64,000 bases of DNA from Pristiophorus japonicus (taxonomy: Eukaryota), in assembly GCF_044704955.1 (NCBI RefSeq), contig NC_091999.1, positions 29,636,001 through 29,700,000 on the forward strand, written 5' to 3'. The position numbers and the translations under genes were made by a program. Under the pieces are notes generated by a model. That model was not told the origin of the DNA, searched no databases, and was given only the letters and a program-made list of their open reading frames with translations. Shown here one piece after another: positions 34,771 to 49,980 of the stretch; the first letter of the stretch is position 1, and the number at the start of each line of letters is the position of its first letter.

Positions 34771-37089
34771 TCAGTTATCCTTTTGCACTCCGTGCTGAGA
34801 ATTATCCTGGGTTGATCCATAGTTCTTATAAACCGGTGGGTATCCTAATAGTAAGTGTAGAAGTATGACATACTTGCATGTTCTGTCAATATTAATAAAG
34901 TAAAAAAGTTCGAGAATATGTGTGGTTATAGATTTTCGATATATATATGCAGATAGAGAAATGGGAGGGGGAATGTGTGCGCGAATGCTCTGTTCAAGAG
35001 ATGATGGATCCTTATACTTTATCAAGAGTGTAGCATTGGCTGCGTTTCATTTCGATTTACTTCAATGTTTAACACAAACAGCGATCATTATAATGGGCAA
35101 AGTCGATGAAAATAGATTGGTGTGCAAAAGGGGCTGGGATTGCCTGCGACACATTTTTTGCCTGGCAGCAAAAGTAGGAATTCACCCCAGTCCTACAATA
35201 CTGATTCAGTATTATTATTCCTAGTTAAATAGAAACCGTTACTGAATTTGAGGAAAATAGTTGGTTGAAGATTTGGCGATTTTTTATAGTGTAAAGTGAG
35301 CAGCTGTGTAACATCAAACTAAAGCGCTATAACGCCCTTTATGCCGGAATTGTGTCAGTAAATAGTTAGCAGTTTCTATTAATGTAATGAAATAAATTCG
35401 CACAAACATTTGCCAACATGTAAAAATGGAAAGTCACTTTCCTTTAGTCACCAAGAGCAAGCAAAAATATGTTTAGCATATTATTATTCAAGATTGCAAT
35501 CGCTAGATTTTTGCATATTGGAGGTATCAAGAGATATGGTGATAGTACGGGAAGGTCGAGTTGAAGTCGAAGATCAGTGCTGTCCCTGTGATTTTGAAGC
35601 AACGGCCTCATTTACGCCAGGCCGGCAATTCGGGTCACCAAACGGGTGTCCCGATGCTGCTTCTGGGTTGAGATCTCCCAATATCCGGACGCTACATGTC
35701 ACGTGAATTTCCTGTTCATCACTCTTTCTATCTCAATTTTTTCTCAGAGTTTTGTGTCACACTCAATTAGATGCGAACATATTTAAATGGAAATTTCATG
35801 CAGCTTATTGTTTTATATCAAATGTTCATCTATCACTAAAATATTATAGCTTCTCTTTGCAACTAAATATAATATTTACAAGACAAAAACATCAAACTTA
35901 TTTATAGTTTATTTAATTACGCGTGGCTACTAATGTACACTTTTTAAATAAATCTTAGCCAAAACTTGTTTTGTTCTACTGGCCTACGACTTGGCCCTGT
36001 GCCCAACGCTCACCCTAATGACCGTTTCAAGACCTGTTCCAGCTTCCCCGATGAATGTCGACCCCTCTGACTCCCTCAACGTTCATTATGTCTTAAACAC
36101 TGGTCCTTTGATCCATGTTAAATTCTAATTCTGTCTACTCAGCCTTAACGATTTTCCTCTCAAACCCATCACTCCTCGGTTATCTAGCCCGGTTTTATGC
36201 TGAACGCGCAAGCAGCATGTCTTCCATGCCATCTTCCTTGCTCATCCACTTCTGGCCATCAGGAGTGTCTCAGAATCGAGCATCGTGAAATTACCCATTA
36301 ACACTAAGCAGCCATACCTGAACAACGTTCTATCCAGTAAATAAACTATTCACCTTATTTGATAGTGATACTGACTCTCTCAATTAATAATTATTGTATA
36401 AATTAAACATAATCACTTAAGTTAACTTACTCGATAAATGTAATCATTGATTGAATAATTGATTTAACAGCCTCACTTTTTAAAAATTCTATCCGATACA
36501 TGTGATCGTTCTCGTCTGATATCTACATTGGTTTACAAAATGTAGTCTGTATTCAGTTTATATTCAGTCTTTCATTATCAGCAACGCAATCATTTCTGCT
36601 AGGAAACCCACTAGAAGCCGACGAAAGATCCGATTTAAAGGCCAAAATTAGCGCATTATGAGAAATAACAATCAAAAGTGGGTAACAAAAATGAACCAAA
36701 ACCCTCTGAAATGAAACTGCAAATGTTGCAGCTCTGAAAATAAACCACTGAGATGGAAATGCACAACAACTCAATCAGCATCTATAAAGAAGACAGAAAG
36801 AACCTGGCTTCGGTTACAGGCCCTTCACCAGAAATGATAAATTCCTCACCAATGACCTACACATCAACCCTTACATGTCGAATGTTCCTTACAACCGGGG
36901 ACCCATCTGTTACTCATGTGCAACTTTTCAATGTTGTCTTTTCATGCACACTGTACGACAACGAAAATATTGAAGATTGCAATCCCCAATAATAGAAGCA
37001 ACTAATTAAATGGGGATAAACCCCGAGATTTTATCTCTAGTGGAATAGAAAATAAAAGCCAAGAGATAATAATGAAACTATATAATACA

Positions 37090-37580
37090 AGAAATTGCAT
37101 TTATATTGCGAATTTAACGTAGTAAAGCGTCCCAAGACGCTTCACAGGAGTATCATGCTGAGCCAAATATACGGAACGATAACCAAATGCTTGATCAGAG
37201 AGATAGGTTTAAGGAGCGTCTTTCATGACGAGAGAGAGATAGCACGGTTCGAGAGAGAATTCCAAAGCTTAACGACTAGGGAGCTGAAGGCATGGCCACC
37301 AATGGTGGAATGAAGAACATTGGGGATGGGGGATAGGCCATAATTGAAGGAATACATTCATGATCAAAGATGGTAGGGCTGAAGGAGGTTACAAAGTCTG
37401 GAGGTGTGGTGCAATGGAACGATTTGGCCAACGGTGAGAACGTTCAAATCAAAGCGTTGTTCGACCAGGAACTCGTGTAGGTCAGCAAGCACAGGGCATG
37501 ATGGATGAAACTGATGGTTGGAGTTAGTATACGGAAAGCATGGTTAACGAGATTTAGTTAAGAATACGGTATAAAGTATT
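37090..37580 (-). mobile_element. L2-like LINE 3' fragment
   Basis: TTGCATTTATAT.GCG..TTTAACGTAGTAAA.CGTCCCAAG.CGCTTCACAGG end and GAATTCCA.AGCTTA..CTGAAGGCA.GGCCACCAATGGTGG body, typical of shark L2/CR1-group 3' ends. Confidence 0.5.
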
Positions 37581-38559
37581 GCAGTATAGGAAGGATAGTG
37601 AGGCAATAGAGAGAGAAAATCACGCGATGCTGATTGGCATGATGGTATACAAATATCAATAAATCTTCCAAAATTGTTTTTTTTATTGATTAGAACCCTA
37701 ATTATGGGATGATGTGATAGAAATGTTTCAAATTATGAAAAGATAGGACAAGGGAGCGAGAAACAGACTGCTTGCATTGATTGAGATATGTAGAACGTGG
37801 AACACAAAAGGTCGATCCCAACTGAGCAGCTTGGTGTTGGAGCTGGAAATGAAAATCGACCAGCTTCCATAAGGACAAGTGATCAGCGATGCCAGTTTTA
37901 GGTAATAGCTGCAAATTGCAATCCTACCTCAATATTGAAAGTCAGGGCCGAAGATATCATCTCAGGTGTTAGACACTGAATGTCAGGCACTGCGTATACC
38001 GGGCGATATATACACCTGGATATTGTAAATTGCCTCCGTCCTTAGCAACACGGGAATATAAAAATCAGAAGGAACACTGGGGTGAAATTAGTGACGGGCT
38101 GTAGCGAATAGGCCACCTGTTATATGCTCAATCGTAATTTCTTCTCCTTCGATGTCAATGGGCAGATAACCGGGAGAATTGTAAAACTGTTTAGTGATTA
38201 CCTCAACCATGAAAGACCAATTTCACCCATAATCATTTCAAGCAGGCACATCTTCACTTCAAGAGGTAGTGTAAAGCGGCTGATAATGAACCTGCAGCTC
38301 GTTTTATGGCCGCAATTTCGCCTACCTCAGTGGCTCCGTGCAGGTTCCGATATCGCTGCTGGCTCCAGCCAGTTATGTCGATTAGATTATCCATTGATTA
38401 AGCTTGTTAAGCCCGCCCAGAGCATTGCTCGGGCGGTTTGAAAGAAGGGGGCCTGATGACGTCATTTGGCGACGCGTCATCAGACGGTTTCCTGAAAGGG
38501 TCCTTTTCGAAATTGAATTTAATAGTTGTGCTCTGAGTGTTCCACAGCATTGAATAGCT

Positions 38560-38770
38560 ACAAACAGTGACACGCACTGCAGAAAGATGCACGGCTTCAC
38601 CCAGGCTCTCCAATGCAGCACAGAGAGACGTTTTCGTTACTGACTATGGGCAGGGGCGACCTCCCCAGGAAACCAAATCAACACGGTTGCATATTGCAGT
38701 GGAATCAAAGGCAGTGATATCGTCAGCAGGACCAGACTGCAGTGGTGAAAATCTTTCCATGATCTAAGTG
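38560..38770 (+). mobile_element. decayed Myb/SANT-like exon, probably Harbinger-derived
   Basis: ER..ASPRLSNAA..RDV...GRPPQETK...IAVE..SSDIVSRTRLQW*KSFHDL resembles the R.PRFS...RT..QC.K.FNDL Myb/SANT pattern. Confidence 0.45.
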
Positions 38771-40009
38771 GATCACACACTTTATTGCAAAGCCATTCTC
38801 AACCTTATCCTGCTGTGCCACTCACCACAGCCCCATCACTTCCTGCACATTCTTACGCACATCAACTTTCCTTGCACATCCACCTATCCCTCTCTATCTA
38901 CATTATAACTTCTCCATCTCGCTAGCCACGCCCCATACTCACCCTCATCCTGTTGCAATTATACCAACTAACAACACACAAGGGTAGGCATGTGTGGTTT
39001 AGCCAATGATCATTCAAGGTTTCTGTTAATGAGCTGTCAAACATTGACACCTTTAATTTCATCACTTTGTGTTCTTGGACAGATTTATGCGCATCTTCAG
39101 ATGTGATGCTATGAGCTGTGTGAATGTTGAAACATAACGGTACCCCCCGCAATGGCAACGAGTGCGAAAGCTGTGGCTTTGGCACTGTAACGACGCTGTA
39201 TGATGTTCTTTTGGAGTGGTGTCAAAATGGCGCATTATGTGACAGGCAGGATGTACAGAGTCTGCTGAATTAAATCATGGTCAGGCCATCCCTCCCGTCC
39301 TGGTCAGCAATATGGCCGAGTTCTGATGCCCTCTCTCCTGTGCAGCATCAGTTGATTGCGGAGAAGGATGTTGTTGTTGGTGCTGCTAGTGTTAATTGTG
39401 ATTATGGTGCTGGCGCTAATCGTGATGGGATTCAGAGGAGCAAGGTGAGAAAGCTTAAATTGCCAAAGGCTAATGTAATCGATGGCAAGTGACCTTGAGA
39501 GGACAGAAGTGATCTATCAATGGTGAGAGATTGTTCCGAATGTGAAACTTCCAATGAGAGATTGTTCCAAGGACGTGCAACGTCCACAAAGTTCAATGTG
39601 CCTCCCAAACCCAGTAAGCAAGACGTTTTAATCTTGAAATACAAACAGCTGTGAGATCGGAGTATTACAACATATTTGTAGCTAACAGGTAAAGAAATGA
39701 ATTCATGGTAACAGATCGCCCGAAGTCCTGCTTCCCGAGCCGTGTGAATCTCATTGAAAACCTGGCAAAATGGGAAGTTCAGCTCAACATTCTTTTTAAT
39801 AAACACTTAACAAGGTCACAATGACCTAAATTGCCTTGCCTGCTGCAGCGTGGCGGGTCTGCTGAGAGTTTACAGACCGGACATCTGTGAAAGTAGCATG
39901 GTGCTCGGTCCCAACCCACTGTCAATGTTTTTATTTTGATAGCTGACACTCCACCGATCCCGTCCTCTGTGCGCTGGCAAAACTCCAGCATCCCAATTTG
40001 TATTTCTAT

Positions 40010-43000
40010 TGAAGTCACACAATACAAGGTGTACTAATACAAAATAACGTGTTGGTAGACAATACAAGGTGTACACACACAATATAAGCACTACTCACAC
40101 AATACAAGGTGAAATCACACAATACAATGTATCCTCACAAAATACATGGTGTACTCACACAACACAAGATGCATAAACTGACAATGCAAGTTGCAGTCAC
40201 ACATTACAATGGATTCTCACACAATACATGATGTACTCACACAATAGAAGCTGTACTCACACAATAGATAATATATTCACACAATACAAGATGTACTCGC
40301 ACAATAGAAGATGTGCTAACACAATACAATGTCTACTTATACAATACAATGTGTACTCACCTGCTTTAAAGTGTACTGCCACAATACAATATATATTCAC
40401 ACAATACAAGATGTACTCACACAATACAAGGTGTACTCATACAATACAAGATGTACTCGCACAATACAAGATGTACTCGTTCAATAAAATGTGTACTCAC
40501 ACAATACAATGTGTACTCAAATATTCCAATTTATTCTCACACAATAAAACGTGAACTGGCAGATTACGGGATGTACTCACACAATACAAGGTGTATTCAC
40601 ATAATGCAAAGTGTAATCACACAATACAAGCTGTACACTAACAATACAAGGGTAATCACATTACAAGTTGTAATCACACAATACAAGGTGTAATCACGCA
40701 ATACAAGGTCAATTCACAATACAAGATGTATTCACACAATTCAAGGTGTATTCACAATACAAGGTGTAATCACACAATACAAGGTGTAATCACACAATAC
40801 AAGATGTATTCACACGATACAAGGTTTACTCACATGATACAAGGCATAAGCACAAAATGCGAGGTGTACTCACAAAGTGCAAAGTGCTCACAAAATACAA
40901 AATGTACTCACGAAATCCAAGGTTTACTCACACAGTACAACGTGTACGTACACAATACAAGATGTACTCATGCAACTCTGATTGTCCTCGCAAAATACAA
41001 GGTGTGCACACACAATACAATGTGTAGAAACATAGAAACCAGAGAAAATAGGTGCAGGAGCAGCCCATTCGGAACTTCGAGACTGCACCACCATTCAATA
41101 TGATCAGGGCTGATAATGCAATTTCAGTACCCCATTACTGCCTTCTCTCCATACCCCCTGATCCCTTTAGCCGTAATGGCCAAATCTAACTCCCTTTTGA
41201 ATATATCCAACGAACTGGACTCAAAAGCTTTCTGTGGTAGAGAATTCCATAGGTTCACGATATTCTGGGTGAAAAAGCTTCTCCTCATCACGGTCCTATA
41301 TGGCTTAACCCTTTTCATTAGACTGTGACACCTGGTTTTGGACTTCCCCAACATCGGGAACAATGTTCGTGCATCCGACCTGACCAATCTCGTCAGAATT
41401 TTATATACTTCGATGACATTCCCTCTCATTCTCCTAAATTCCAGTGAATATAAGCCAATTGATCCAACCTTTCTTCATATGTCTGTCCTGCCATCCCGGG
41501 AATCAGTCCGGTTAACCTTCGCTTCACACCCGCAAAAGCAAGAAAGTCCTTCCTCAGATTAGGAGACAAAACTGCACACAATACTCAGGGTGTGGTCTCA
41601 GCAAGGCCCTGTACAACTGCAGCAAGACCGTCCTGCTCCCATATTCAAATCCTCATGCTATGAAGGCCAACATGCCATTTGTTTTCTTTACTGTCTGCTG
41701 TACATGCCTGCCTATTTTAATGACTGATGTACCATGATGCCCAGGTTTCGTTGCACCTCCCCTTTTACTAATATTTCACCATTCAGATAATAATTTGCCT
41801 TCCTATGTTTGCCACCAAAGTGGATAAGCTCACACTTCTCCATATTTTACTCAATCTGCCATGCATTTTTCCACTCACTTATCCGGCGAATTCAACCTGC
41901 AGCCTCTTAGTATCCTCCTCACAGCTCACACTGCCACCCAGCTTAGTGTTATCTGAAAAGTTGGAGATATTACATTCAATTCCTTCGTCTAAATCATTAA
42001 TATATATTGTAAATAGTTGGGGTCCCAGCACTGAAACTTGCGGTATCCCACTACCCCTCAAAATTAAACCCTTTGTCTTTCTCTACTGAATTCTAAATTT
42101 CTTCCAGTCCTCAGGTTTGCTACTTTTTCTGGCCAATTTATATGCCTCTTCCTTGGATTTAACAATATCCACAATTCCCCGTGTTAACCACGGCTGAGCC
42201 TTCGTCCCCGTTTTATTTTAATGCCAGACAGGGATGTACAATTGTTGTAGTTCATCCATGTGATCTTTAAATGTCGGCCATTGCCTATCTACCATCAACC
42301 CTTTAAATATAATTCGCCACTCTATCCTAGCCAATTCATGTCTCATACCATCGAAATTACCTTTCTTTAAGTTCAGGACCCTAGACTCTGGATTAACTGT
42401 GACATTATCCTTCTTAATGAAGAATTATACCATATTATGGTCACTCTTCCCCTCGCATGACAAGATTGCTAATTAATCCTTCCTCATTACACAAGATCCA
42501 GTCTAGGATGGACTGCTCTTTAGTTGATTCATCGACATATTGGTATAGAAAACCATCCCAAATACACTCCAGGAAATCCTCCTCCACAGTACTGCTACCA
42601 GTTTGGTTACCCAGTCCATATGTAGATTTAAGTCATCAATGATAACTGCTGTACCTGTATTGCACGCATCCCTAATTTCCTGTTTCTTCCCATCCCCACG
42701 CTCACTACTACTGTTTGGTGGTCTGTACATAATTCCCGAAAACATTTTCTGACATTTGGTGTTTCGCAGCTCTATCCATATAGATTCCACATCAGTCAAG
42801 GTAATGTCCTGCCTTACTATTGTGTTAATCTCCTCTTTAATCAGGAACGCTACCCCACCTGCTTTTCCTTTCTGTCTATCCTTCCTGAATATTGAATACC
42901 AATGGATGTTGTGTTCCCAGCCCTGGTTACCCTGGAGCCATGTCTCCGAAATTCCCAATTACATTATATCCGTTAAAAGCTATCTGCGCTGTTAATTCAT

Positions 43001-44990
43001 CCACCTTATTATGAATGCTCCTCGCATTGAGACTCAAAGCCTTCAGGCTTGTTTTTTTAAAACTCTTTGTCCTTTAGAATTATATTTTAATATGCCGCTT
43101 TTTGATTTCTCTGCCCTCCACTCTTACTTTTCTCCTTCCTATCTTTTGCTTCTGCCGCCTTTTTACTTCCCTCTGCCTCCCTACATAGATCCCCATCCCC
43201 CTGCCATATTCGGTTAAACACTCGCCAAGAGCACTAGCAAACACACCACCTAGGAACTCGGTCCCGGTCATGCCCAGGTGCAGACCATCCGGTTTGTACT
43301 GGTCCCATCTCCCACACAACCGGTTCCAATGTCCCAGGTATTTGAATACCTACCCCTTGCCCCAGTCCTCAAGCCACGTATTCATTTGAACTATACTGCT
43401 GTTCCAACTCTGAATAGCACGTGGCACTGATTGCAAACCTGAGATTCTACCTTTGAGGCCCGACTATTAAATTTAACTCCTAGCTCCCTAAATTCAGCTT
43501 GTAGAATGTCATCCAGTTTTTTACCTATATTGTTGCTACCTATATGCACCACGATAGTTGGCTGTTCACCCTCCCCCTCCACAATGCCCTGCACCCGCTC
43601 CAAGACACCCTTGACCCTTGCACCAGGGAGGCAACATACTACTCTGGAGTCTCGTTTGCGGCCGCAGAAACGCCTATCTCTTCCTCTTATAATAGAATCT
43701 CCTCTCACTATATACCTTCCACTCTTTTTCCAGTCCACCTGCGCAGCACAGTTACCCCTGCTGCCATGAACTTGGCTGCTGCTCCATTTCCCTGATGAGC
43801 CACCATCCTCAACAGTATCCAAAACTGTATATCTGCCCTACCTTCCTTCCCCTGCTCTTCCTGATGGTCACCCATTCCCTATCTGTCTGTGTCACCTTTA
43901 CCTGCTGTGTGACCAACTCACCAAACATGCTATCCAAGACATCCTCAGCATCGCGGATGCTCCAGAGTGAATCCATGCGCAGCTCCAGTGCCTCAATGCG
44001 ACCTGGCAGGAGGTGTAGCTCGACACACTTCACGCAAACATAGTAGCCAGTGTCCCTGACTTCCCACATACCACAGGAGGAGCAGAGCACGGCTCAGGGC
44101 TCTCCTGCCATGACTTAACCTTTAGATTAACATAATTTGGCAACAATGCCAAAGGTTTCCTACTGATAAGAAAAGAAAAAGATAAAGAATAATGCTTAAC
44201 AATCAACCAGCCAAAAACTTACCCGCTTGGCTGTGACATTACCCTTCGATTTCTTTTTACTTCTATTTTGCTTTTTGATTTTTGACGCTACACCAGCTGT
44301 TCCTACGACTGCTCTTCCTGACGATCTACCGCAGAACTTTTATCCACCTCGATCCTCCCACTCCCTCTAGCTCCTCCAACTGCTGCTCCTCCCGATCAGA
44401 GAGCAAGTTTTACTCACATAATACATGGTGTACTTATACAATACAAGCTGAAATTACGCAATACAATCTATTCTCACACAATACAAGGTGTACATACACA
44501 TTACAAGGTTTACGCACACAACCCCAAGGTGTACTCACATAATAAAAGGTGTACACATACAGTAAAAGGGGTGCTCATACAATACAAGGAGTACACATAC
44601 AACAAAAGCTTTACTTTCACAATACAAGATGTACTTACACGATAAAACGTGTGCTCACACCATAAAAGTTATACTCACACGATATAAAATGTGAACTCAC
44701 ACCATAATATCAATACTCACACTATATAAGCTGTATTCATACAACAAAGTCAGTACGCACACAATACAAGGTGTGCTCACACAATAAAAGCTTTACTTAT
44801 AAATACATGGTGTACTCCCACAATACAAGATGTAGTCACGCAACACAAGCTGTACTCATGCAACACAAGTTCTACTCACACAATATATCGTGACTTCACA
44901 CAATACAAAGTGTACACACAAAACAACATATACGGACAAATGTTAATCTGTACTCACACAACACATTGCATACTCACCCGATACAAAGTA
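40010..44990. repeat. 20-bp minisatellite (ACACAATACAAGGTGTACTC) split by a CR1
   Basis: Dozens of degenerate copies at 40010-41025 and 44405-44990. Confidence 0.9.
41026..44400 (-). mobile_element. near full-length decayed CR1-like LINE with internal ORF2 deletion
   Basis: ORF1 remnants (CSSC.MWE..CVKC, GDSIIRG, DGLHL), endonuclease GISETWL and RT 3' part; the KSPGPD-to-YLDF block is absent around 42055-42090. Confidence 0.9.
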
Positions 44991-46052
44991 TCATCATTGG
45001 CAGTGCGTCGAAACGAGGATGACTTGCTTCCACGCCAAAAAGAAGGATGAGTTCACAGATGTTTCAATGAAGAACCTAATATTCCAGGTTCCAAACTACA
45101 TCCTGACGGGTGGAAGATGCTTGTGCATGGATTTTTTAACGTGTGGTGGCCGTTACACACCAGCCGCCACACGGGCTTGACAGAGCTAGGTCTTATTCCA
45201 GTGGCAAGGGTTATCCTAGATGTGCTCTGTTGCACGGACCTAGTGTGCACACATATCACTGTGTGGTCTGGCCCGCGCTGCCCAATGGCACCGAACCCAC
45301 GCCTCTGTAAGCTACAAGGCTACGGACTCACAGCTGGAAAGTGGGATTAGGCTGGATAGCTCTCTATCAGTCTGCGCAAACACGATGGGCCTAAATGGCC
45401 TCCTTCCGTGCTGTAAATTTCTATGGTTATATAATGAGAAATAATTTACAGTTTCGGGGGTCGATAACCAGGTGTTTAAAGGCCATTCATTTCTCTTTTT
45501 CCATTTCGCTGTTAGTTAAAGGTACACAGATTGATTTCCCCTCATTATGCATCTTTAGTTGTGAAACAAAAATCCTTCCTGTTAATAGAGAACCACATTC
45601 TGCACTGGGGTAGCTTCAGCCTTTAATATTCTCCTCCTCTTGTTCAAATCCAGCCAACACCTCGCCACTCCCTATCTCTGTAACCTCCTCCAGCCCACCA
45701 ACCCTCTTAATGAAGGAAAACATTTTCAGTGTCAGACGGCTCGGTAGCCAGAGGACACCGATTTAACATGATTGGCAAATGAACCAGATGCCACAAGAGC
45801 GAAAAACATTCAGTAGCGAAATGTTATGGCCTGGAACGCACTGCCTGTAAGGGTGGTGGAGGCAGATTCACTCATTACGTGCAAAAGAGATAAATATTTG
45901 AGTTGCAAAGATTTGCAGGGTTATGAGGCAGAGCAGTGGAGTGGACTAATTATACAGCTTAGGATAAGCAAGAGAGTAAAGAATGTTCCAGAGAAACTAG
46001 AAATGTCTGTAGAGAATTTATATCTTGGGCAGGCAGCACTGTCGGTTGGAAA

Positions 46053-46300
46053 GCACATCCTGGGCAGGCAGCTCAGTCCCATGGAATGCACATCCTGGGC
46101 AGGCAGCTCAGTCCCATGGAATGTACATCCTGGGCAGGGAAGCTCAATCCCACGGAATGCACATCCTGGGCAGGCAGCTCAGTCCCATGGAATGCACATC
46201 CTGGGCAGGCAGCTCAGTCCCATGGAATGTACATTCTGGGCAGGCAGCACAGTCCCATGGAATGTACATCCTGGTCAGGCAGCACAGTCCCATGGAATAC
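46053..46300. repeat. 35-bp tandem repeat (~7 copies)
   Basis: (C/T)ACATCCTGGGCAGGCAGCTCAGTCCCATGGAATG. Confidence 0.9.
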
Positions 46301-46354
46301 ACATACCGAGCCATGTGGGAGCATCTGGATGACCACGTTGCGGGAAGTGTCGCC

Positions 46355-49300
46355 AGCTCCCTAATGGCCTGTTTGATGCCCTCCCCAACATCACTACTAC
46401 TGTCTGGATGTCGGTAAACAACTCCCACTAACGTGTATTTCCCTTTGGTGTTCTGCAGCTCTACCCATATAGATTCCTTATCATAGGGGTGCATTTTGAG
46501 CACCGGGTTTCGGAGCTTGAGCAGTTGCTAGCGTCAATGAAGTCTATCCGCGGGGCTGAGAGCTTCGAGGATAACGTATTTCAGGAGGTAGTCACCCAGC
46601 AGCTTAAAATTGTGCAGGCATAGAGGGAATGGAAAATCGTCAGACAGAGAAGGAGGAACTGGCATGTAGGACAGGAATCGCCTGACTCATTAACCGCTTT
46701 TCAGTTCTGGTTAATGAGGAGCATGATGGTTGCTCTGGGGAGTGAAGCCAGTGCCAACTCCATGGAACCATGGGGGCTCGGCTGTACAGAAGGGAAGGAA
46801 GAAGAGTGGAAGAGCAATAGTGGTAGGTCATTTGATACATGGGGAATAGACAGACATAGAAACATAGAAAATAGGTGCAGGACTAGGCCATTTGGCCCTT
46901 CTAGCCTGCACCGCCATTCAATGAGTTCATGGCTGAACATGCAACTTCAGTACCCCATTCCTGCTTTCTCGCCATACCCCTTGATCCCCCTAGTAATAAG
47001 GACGTTTGGAGGCTGCAGACGTGACTGCAGGATAGTTATTGCCTCCCTGGTTCCAGGGTCAAGGTTTGTCACTGAAAGGGTGCAGGACATTGTGAGGGAA
47101 CGGGGGGGAGGGGGGTGAATAGCAGAAGTCGTGGTCTATATTGTCAGCAATGACAAAGGTCGAAAGAGGGATGACGTCCTTCAGGCAGTTTTAAGGGAGC
47201 TGGAAAGGAGACTAAAAAACAGGATATCAAATGTAGTAATCTCCAGATTACTCCCAGTACCACGTGCTAGTGAGTACAGAAATAGGAGGATCGAGCAGGT
47301 GAATATGAGGCTTGAGACGATGCAGGAGGGATGACTTTAAATTCCTGTGGTATTGCGACTGTTTCTGGGGGCGGTGGGACCTGGACAAGCCAGTCGGGAT
47401 GCACCTGAACAAAGCTGGGACCTAGATCCTCTACAAGCTGGGGAGAGCCTCAGCTCGTTGGTGGGAAAATGTTTGGATAACATGCTGAGGGATAGGATAA
47501 ATCTTCATTTGGGAAGACACGGATTAATCAAGGACAGTCAGCATGGATTTGTTAAGGGAAAGCCGGGTCTGTCTACCGATTGACTCTCCTGTATAGCCCC
47601 TCAAAAAATTTAATGAGGGCAGTGCATTTGAATATGTGTATATGAATTCTAGCAGCGATTTTGATAAAGTCCCACAAGGCAGACTGGTCACAAAAGTATA
47701 AGCAATTGGGATACAAAGCAAAGTGGCAAGTTGGATCCAAAATTGGCTCAGAGTCAGGAAGCAAAGGTTAATGGTTGATGGGTGTTTTTGAGACTGGAAG
47801 GCTGTCTCCAGTGGGGAATCCATAGGGCTCACTACTAGGTCCCTTTTTTATCAATAATTTGGACTTCAATCTATAGGGTATGATTAGGAAGTATGCAGAT
47901 GACACACAAATTGGCCTTGTGTTTGATAATGAAGAAGAAAGTTATAGACTGCAGGAAGATGTCAATGGACTGATCAGGTGGGCAGAATAGTAGCAAGTGG
48001 ACTTCAATCCGCGGAAGTGTGAGGTCTTGCATTTGGGTGGGCTAACAAGGCAAGGGAATACACAATGAATCGTAGGATACTGAGAAGTGTAGATGAATAA
48101 AGAGACCTAGGAGTGCATATCCACAGACCCATGAAGGTTTCAGGAGAGGTAGACATTATAAATACATTAAGAGGATAACTAGAGAAAGAATGGGGCCTAT
48201 TAGAGACCACAAAGGAAATCTGTGTGTGGAAGCAGAAGATGTGAATATAATTCTTAATAAATACCCTGCATTTGTTTTCACAAAAGAGAGGGGCGATGCA
48301 GATTTTGCAATGAGGGAGGAGTGTGAAATATTGGACGAGGTAAACATAGTTGGAGAAGAAGTATTAAGGGACTTAGCAGCTTTGAAAGTGGATAAATCCC
48401 CGGCCCAGATGAAATGTATTTCAGGCTGTTAAGCGAAGCAAAAGAGGAAATAGCAGAGGCTCTGACCATCATTTTCCAATCCACACTGGCTACAGGTGTG
48501 GTGCCAGAGGACTGAAGGACCTCTGATGTTTAACCTTTGTTTAAAAAGGGAGACAAGGATAGATCGATTTATTAAAGGCCAGTCAGCCTAACCTCAGTGG
48601 TGGGAATTTTTTTTGGAAAAATCCTGAATGACAGGATAAATCTTTATTTGGAAAGACATGGATTAATCAGGAACAGTCCGCACGGATTTGTTCAGGGAAG
48701 GTCATATCTGACTAACTTGATTGAATCTGTCACCTCTTCCAGGTCATCTATGCATATTGTAAACAATTGTGGTCCCAGCACCTATCCCTGTGGCACACCA
48801 CTAACCACCGGTTTCCAACCCGAAAAGGACCCATTTACCCCGACTCTCTGCTTTCTGTTTGCCAGCCAATTCTCAATCCATGCTAATACATTTCCTCTGA
48901 CTCCACGTACCTTTATCTTCTGCAGTAACCTTTTGTGTGGCACCTTATCGAATGCCTTTTGGAAATCTAAATACACCACATTCATCGGTATTCACCATGC
49001 TCATTATATCCTCAAAGAATTCCAGTAAATTAGTTAAACTTGATTTCCCCTTCATGAATCCATGTTGCATCTGCTTTATTGCACTATTCCTATCTAGATG
49101 TCCCGCTATTCCTTCCTTAATGAGAGCTTCAAGCATTTTCCCCACTACAGATGTTAAACTAACCGGCCTATAGTTACTTGCCTTTTGTCTGCCCCCTTTG
49201 TTAAACAGAGGCGTTACATTAGCTGCTTTCCAATCCGCTGGACCTCCCCAGAGTCCAGAGAATTTTGGTAGATTATAACGAATGCATCTGCTATAACTTC

Positions 49301-49980
49301 TGCCATCTCTTTTAATACCCTGGGATGCATTTCATCAGGTCCAGTGGAGTTGTCTGCCTTGAGTCCCATTAGCCTATCCAGCACTACCCCCGTTGTGATA
49401 GTGATTATCTCAAGGTCCTCCCTTCTCACGTTCCCTTGACCAGCAATTTCTGCAATGGTTTTTGTGTCTTCCATTGTGAAGACCGAAGCAAAATAATTGT
49501 TTAGGGTCTCAGCCATTTCCACATTTCCCAGTATTAAATCCCCCTTCTCATCTTCTGAGGGACCAACATTTACTTTAGTCATTCTTTTCCGTTTTATATA
49601 TCGGTAAAAGCTTTTACTATCTGTTTTTATGTGTTGCGCAAATTTACTTTCGTACTCTATCTTTCCTTTCTTTATTGTTCTCTTAATCATTCTTTGCTGT
49701 CGATTAAAATTTTCCCAATCTTCTAGTTTCCCACTAAAATTGGCCACCTTATACGCATTGGTTTTTAATTTGATACTCTCCTTTATTTCCTTGGTTATCC
49801 ACGGCTGGTTATCCCTTCTCTAACCGCCCTTCTTTTTCACTGGAATATATTTTTGTTGAGCACTATGAGCTCCTTAAACGTCCTCCACTGTTCCTGAATT
49901 GTGCCACCGTTTAGTCTGCGTTTCCTGTCTACTTTAGACAACTCTGCCATCATACCACTGTAGTCCCCTTTGTTTAAGCG
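46355..49980. mobile_element. mosaic of nested CR1 fragments on both strands
   Basis: ORF1 and RT motif pieces alternate in orientation (e.g. + strand 46490-48725, - strand 46853-47003 and 48726-49980). Confidence 0.85.

Noticed and set aside
40010-46300. Regular short repeats that could resemble a CRISPR array
   Set aside because: Head-to-tail minisatellites without unique spacers, in a vertebrate genome with no cas genes.
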